DNA from: Mesotaenium endlicherianum
Taxonomy: Eukaryota
Length of the DNA stretch: 38,918 nt
Assembly: GCA_009602735.1 (NCBI GenBank)
Contig: WELA01000805.1
Coordinates: 531,173-570,090 of the forward strand
Direction: 5' to 3'
Part shown: positions 33,501 through 38,918 of the stretch, piece after piece
How the letters are laid out: each line of letters opens with the position of its first letter
Numbering within the stretch: position 1 is the first letter of the stretch
The notes under the pieces: generated by a model
The model's database searches: none
Told to the model about the DNA's origin: nothing
The model's input: only the letters and a program-made list of their open reading frames with translations
Made by a program: the position numbers and the translations under genes

Positions 33501-36500
33501 CTGTCTGGCTTGCAACCCTTGTTTTACCACCCCCCCCGCGGTGCGTGGCGCGGCGCCAGGTGGCGAGGGCGACAAGGTGTACGTGAGCGTGGTGGCATTC
33601 CGCGACCCTGTGGACGAGGACATTGCGGAGGCGTACAGCATCCCGCCCAACTCGTATGCCGACAAGTGCATTTGCCTCGTCAGCCACTGGCCATTCTTCG
33701 AGACGTTCCGCGAGGCCCTGGAGGAGATCCACCGCATGTGCTTCTCCGCCTCCGGCTGCAGGTCTTGCCCCCACCTCCCTGGCATCGGCTCACAGTTCCC
33801 CCACCGACACGCCCCTCCCAAAATCCCCCCCCCTCCCACCTTTCCCGCTTTATCCCCTCCATTAGGTTTTCTGCTCTGCTCATCTCCCCCCTCTCCTGTC
33901 AATGGCTGGCACGCTGGACTTAGCTCACCTGTTCATGCAGAGGACTGTAGTGGTACCCTCTNGGTACTGCCTTTCTGCCCATGCAGATGATCGTACGGGG
34001 CCTGAATCTGGTGCTGATCTACATGATTGGCAATTTTGGGTCGTTGACCCCTTTCCTGGTGCTCCTGCAGGCCCCTCCTTCAGATTCTCCCTTAGTGCGA
34101 ATGCATACCCACCCTTTGTTTTAGTGCCTAGGCTCTGCCCACCGTGGCACCGCAGCCCTCCAGGTGTCCCAGTGTAGAGCGCACACGCGTCCCGCTTGGA
34201 GTGTACAGCTGTCCTGTTCCAGGGAGACGCTGACGCAGCAGAGCCGCTCTGTCTGGATGTGGTGCATGCGTGCGTACGTGCGTGCGTTTGTCACGGGTGG
34301 CAGCAAGCCTCTGTGGGAGACGGTGGCTACCGTGGTGACAGCTGTCCCGTTGCCGGTCCCCGGGCGGTCCCAGGTGCTGTTCGCAGTCGAGAATTCGCTG
34401 CTGTGTCTCCAGAGCCCCACCCCCGGCGGCCTTCCCTTTGCCGAGGTCTCTCCCTCTCCCTCTCCCTCTCCCTCTCCCTCTCCCTCTCTCTCTCCCTAGC
34501 CCTCAAGCCTGCCTTTGAGAAGTGGGAAGATCGCTGTTTACTTTGCTCGCGTGCGGCCTCCTGCTGCTGCCCCCCGGGCTCCCTTCCTGTCTGTGCTGCC
34601 TTTTCGCGGGTCCTCTGGATTGCGAGCCTTCTCATGTGTGTAGGCCGCACGCGCTGCCGCTGGGCTGTGAATGCGATGTTGGCTCTGAGATGCGTGCATT
34701 CGGCCGTGTCAGACGGAGTTTTGTGCGTCGTTTCTCACAGTTGAGGCCTGCTCCTGTCACTCTACGCTGTTGCCGTCTGCAAGCTTGTCTTTGGCTTGCT
34801 GCCACCCTCTCCATTTCTCCACTTTTCTCTTTCTCCCTTCTCTCTCATTGCTCATGCAAACACCGCGGAGGCTTAGGCAGGCCGGAGTGGCTGTAGGGGC
34901 TTAGGGCGCGTGTCTCCTGGCGTGATCTCCAAACGCACAGGGCAGCCGACTGGCGCTTGCTCTGCACTGCTGGCAGTCTATGTGTATGGCTCGTCTCCTC
35001 CTCTTTCTCTTTTGCGTGGCTTTCACGCTTAGGTCCACCCCTTCTGTTCCTGTCCCAACATGTTCCACCGCCTGCTGTTGTCCACCTCTACTGTTGAACC
35101 GCAATCTATCTGCCAAGTGGCAGTGCTACATAGAAGCCCCACATCCATCTCTTCTTGACCTTCCTGCTCCTCGCCCGCCCGCCCACCCGCCCGCCCGCCT
35201 GGCAGCTTCTCGTACCTGAGCAACGCGTTCGCGGCGTCGCTCACCCCCGAGGAGGCGACGCAGCTGCGCGACGACCCCGCGGTGGCGAGCGTGACGCGCG
35301 ACGAGTTTGCGGTGCAGCCGCAGACGTCGCACTCGCCCGCCTTCCTGGGCCTGGGCCTGCCCGCGCCAGCTGGCGCCTGGGCTGCCNCCTTTACTTGATC
35401 AAGCACTCGCGTGTGTTTGTGTGTATGCATATGTGTTTGTACTTAGTATACAGTGGGGACAGCATGCTGTTGTGAGGCATCCCCTCCGCCAACCTCCAGC
35501 AGCATGGGGCTCCTTGCCGCGGGAACTGATCCTGTTACTGTCTCCTCGTCCTGCCTGCAGGTTTGAGCTGTTGACAGTTGTCGCCGAAGCAGCCTGTCAC
35601 CTCACCTACCCGTTCCAGTGGATGGTGCGCCCCTTGTGCCGTCGGCACCCCCCTCCCCCTCCCTCCTTCCCTCCCTGCCCCCCTTGACCTCTTTTCTCAC
35701 TGTTGACCTGACTCACGGGGCCTGTAAGCTCTGCCAGTTCAGCCGAATGACATCAGTCTGCAAGTGTGTCATGTTTGCCCTCACTTTGTTGTTTCTAATC
35801 AATAGAACAAAGAACTGCCTGCGATCCCTCCCCCCAAGAAAAACCCTCCGCCGCGTCTTCTCTCCTCCCCCGCCTCGCCCCCTCTCTCCGGCCTTTGTGC
35901 TTCTCCCCAGCAGCTACCTCCAGGGGCGTTGCCCGGAAGAGGGTGGCACTGTTGTTTCCTTCTGTGGCTTCTCTTGAAACCGGAATTTGTCTGCGCAATC
36001 CATTGCGGCCTCGTCAACCTCCTCCCGGGACAAGAGCTTGCTGTGAGTAGAAGCAAAAGCAGTAGTGGGTGCAGGAGTCAAGGCCAAGTCTGCAATGTCA
36101 AGCCTCCACGCTTGATGCTTGCCGGGGCACAGCTGTGCCCGCTCCCGGCGGGTCGGCAGACAGGCTCTGGCTGCCAGGATCGTTGCATCTCCAGGCGCCA
36201 CCCTTCTTCCTGCCCCCAAGCAGGGGAGCACGCCATCTGTCTCTCTCTCTCTCTCTCAACCTCCTCTGAGCCCTTCTCACTCTCATGCGTGCGTGGTGGC
36301 GTGGGTGGGCGTGTGTGCGCTTGCGCCCGCACACGCGCGCGCGCGCGTGTGTATGTGTGTTGCGTGGGGAGATGGTACGTGCGATCGTGTGCTTGCGCGG
36401 TGGGGGATTGCACACGTGACCGTGTGCGTGCGGGAGCGCGGGGGGGACGGCCTGGCTTTGGCCGGGNNNNNNNNNNNNNNNNNNNNNNNNNNNNNNNNNN

Positions 36501-38839
36501 NNNNNNNNNNNNNNNNNNNNNNNNNNNNNNNNNNNNNNNNNNNNNNNNNNNNNNNNNNNNNNNNNNNNNNNNNNNNNNNNNNNNNNNNNNNNNNNNNNNN
36601 NNNNNNNNNNNNNNNNNNNNNNNNNNNNNNNNNNNNNNNNNNNNNNNNNNNNNNNNNGGGGGGGCGGGCGGGCGTGGGGCGGGGGCGGACGTGGCGGCGG
36701 CGAAAAGCAGTACCCGTACATCCCAGTGCTGCCGTACGGCCTGCTGGAGCTCTTCGACATCCCGGGCTCCTACCTGTTTGGCCTCAGCACCACCATCGCC
36801 GACGCCGACTCGCTCGTTCAGAACCTCGACGGGGTGAGCACCTCGCAGTCCCCAATTCCTCTCTCTCCCCCCCCTCTTCTCCTCCCCCCCCTCTTCTCCT
36901 CCTTCCCCTCCCCCGACGCGCTCTCTGTCTCTCGCACACACACAGTCGCAGAGTTGCTAGCCTGCACGTGCACGGAGGTGCTTGCTGAGGCTTTCGGACT
37001 CCCGTCCCTCTGTGCGTGTCAGTCACCACAGCTTTGCATGGGCCTTTCTCCCGGGCTTTGCGACCCAGGGGCTTACATGCTGCTGCTGCTGCCTCCTCCT
37101 CCCGAAAGCATTCGGTCTGCCTGGGGCTACCTGTTCCATTTCCAGCTGTCGCTTGGGAGAATGAGGAAGTGGGCTGCGTTGCCCCGGGCACAGTGCGCAC
37201 ACGTCTTACATTCTAACCTCCCTTACAGGTACTCACCATCTGCATGCGCATCTGTAGCGTACTGAGGGGTGCCCCTTCATGTCGTGGATGGGCTGCCTTC
37301 GAGCCCGGAACCTCCCCTTAGGCCTCGAAACCCGCCCCAGTAGAAGCCGCAGCTCCGTACCTCTGAACCCCGTCCCTCAAGCCCTAAAATTGCCAACCAA
37401 TTTGTCAAACCAGGCGAGACCGGACCGGTCACACCGAAGTGCTGCTTCTCTTGACACAAACGCTCTGGCCTACCGCGCACGGCGCTAATTAATACGTTTT
37501 CTTTTTTCCGGCGCGGGGGGGAGGGGGGGTTTGGGTGGGAGGGGTGGGTGTGTTGCACGCGCGATATGTGAATGGGAGCGAGCAGGTCATTGTGGTGGAC
37601 CTGGACAACAACCGCATGACGATCCCGCCGCCCTACCAGGGCGACAGCACGGAGGAGATCCCGCCCATCCCGGAGCCGGAGCTGGGGCAGATGCGCATGG
37701 CGCTGCTGCAGCTCATCCACCCCAACCTGGCTGCGCTTGACAAGTCGCGCAAGGGCCAGGGCGGCTACAACCCCGCCACGCACCGCTTCACCAAGGCCTG
37801 GGGCAAGGCCCACGACGACGAGCTCAGGTGCATGGTGCATCTGGCTGGGCCAGCCTTGGGGGGAACGCACTTGGGAGGTGGAACGGAGGAGGAAGGAAGG
37901 GGGGCGCCGGACGAANNNNNNNNNNNNNNNNNNNNNNNNNNNNNNNNNNNNNNNNNNNNNNNNNNNNNNNNNNNNNNNNNNNNNNNNNNNNNNNNNNNNN
38001 NNNNNNNNNNNNNNNNNNNNNNNNNNNNNNNNNNNNNNNNNNNNNNNNNNNNNNNNNNNNNNNNNNNNNNNNNNNNNNNNNNNNNNNNNNNNNNNNNNNN
38101 NNNNNNNNNNNNNNNNNNNNNNNNNNNNNNNNNNNNNNNNNNNNNNNNNNNNNNNNNNNNNNNNNNNNNNNNNNNNNCCCCCCCCCCCCCCTCCCTGAAG
38201 TCCCTCCTCAGCTCGCCCCTTAAGTGCTCTGCACCTCTGACGCAAGTGCCAGGTGTCATGTGATGCTGCAGGCTCATCTTCCTGCGCTTCTTTGCGTCCA
38301 CGCTGACAGGCTACCGCAACTACGTGGTGAGTAGAAGTGCTGCCGCGGTTCTGTTCCCTCCTTCTCCCTCTCCCTCTCTCCCTCTCTCCCTCTTCTGCCC
38401 CAACTCCTTGCCTCTCCTTATCTGCTCATGCAGCTCCCTGCCTTGCTGGCAGGGAGCTGCCTTCTAACATCACCAAAGCCTCTCTGCCCACTGAAGCTCA
38501 TCCGCAGCACCTCCTCTCTTGTGGTTCTCTCAGTGCCTCTGCCGCCAGGCTTGCTGCCGATCGCGCTTGCCCTTCACATCAGACGCCCCTCCTCCTGCCT
38601 GTTCTAGTCACTGCCGGTCCCATGAGTCTGTCTGTTCGTCCGTTTGTTTTGTTTTGCCACGCTGCCCTTCTCTCGTTCCTTCTGAAAATCGTCCCCCTCA
38701 ACCTTTCCCTTCACAATTTCAACAATACCTTGTGCTTCCTATCTCTGATCCGTAGGACTACGCCTCCCCCGACATTTTCAACAAGACCGCCTTTTTGAGA
38801 AAGAGGAGTCGCTCCACTGGCCGGCCCCCCAACCCCATG
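30560..38839 (+). CDS. SCD1: SCD1 (DENN domain/WD40 protein), 5' part; exons 30560-30778, 32157-32250, 33560-33761, 34304-34445, one missing exon, 35561-35624, 36711-36833, 37586-37827, 38272-38326, 38756-38839; continues beyond the window
   Basis: Colinear SCD1 motifs YFVVCGLG, PPPQLP, VLPGGV, PRSYPVVLT, AFRD, YADKCICLVSH, KPLW, VLFAVEN, CHLTYPFQW, YIP, VVDLD, EEIPPIPEPE, WGKAHD, GYRN, AFLRKRSRST. All junctions are GT-AG with matching phase except across 34446-35560. Confidence 0.93.
31790..32120. repeat. Compound (CA)n/(CT)n/(CG)n microsatellite in SCD1 intron 1
   Basis: Visible runs of ACACAC, CTCTCT and GCGC. Confidence 0.9.
34448..34497. repeat. (CTCTCC)n microsatellite right after a splice donor
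   Basis: CTCTCCCTCTCCCTCTCC... directly follows GAG/GT at 34445. Confidence 0.9.
35206..35386 (+). other. Isolated exon of a plant-type subtilase (I9 prodomain end plus start of the mature S8 domain)
   Basis: After a CAG acceptor it reads FSYLSNAFAASLTPEEATQLRDDPAVASVTRDEFAVQPQTSHSPAFLGL..GAW, matching the subtilase pattern NGFAAxLTxxEAxxLxxxPxVxSV...TTHSPxFLGL. It ends at a single N (35387). Confidence 0.85.
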
Positions 38840-38918
38840 GTACGCGTCACGTTCAACGATTGTACTTTCTAGCCCCACAACTCACTCAAATACACCTCCC
38901 CTTCCCCCTCTCCCCCTC

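Noticed and set aside
1..38918. CRISPR arrays, rRNA or tRNA genes, prokaryotic systems
   Set aside because: No repeat-spacer array or RNA gene seen. The tRNA-like 12-mers are primer binding sites.

Overview
Eukaryotic DNA from a green plant lineage. PIRL and SCD1 homologues with very GC3-rich exons and microsatellite-rich introns suggest a streptophyte alga (inference). There are five N-gaps and several single Ns. Bases 1-20058 are a nest of Ty3/gypsy LTR retrotransposons. A minus-strand chromovirus B (LTRs 1461-1963 and 19556-20058, no TSD) carries a solo LTR of family A in its 3' non-coding region (2485-10069, TSD CCAGC). That solo LTR is split by a full-length plus-strand chromovirus C (3070-9947, TSD AAACT), whose RT is split by a solo LTR of its own family (6273-7016, TSD AAGTG). 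A decayed non-autonomous relative of C, element D (about 13031-16959), lies in the pol region of B. Bases 20059-38918 hold a truncated TE-like ORF, a 3-exon PIRL gene (+), a small single-TM gene (-) and the 5' part of SCD1 (+). In SCD1 one expected exon is missing and a subtilase exon sits in its place. The most novel-looking signal is a four-hairpin RNA element with palindromic loops in the protease-RT spacer of C. It is retained with pairing-preserving substitutions in the otherwise decayed D, making it a candidate packaging/dimerisation signal. All alignments, counts and folds were done by eye.
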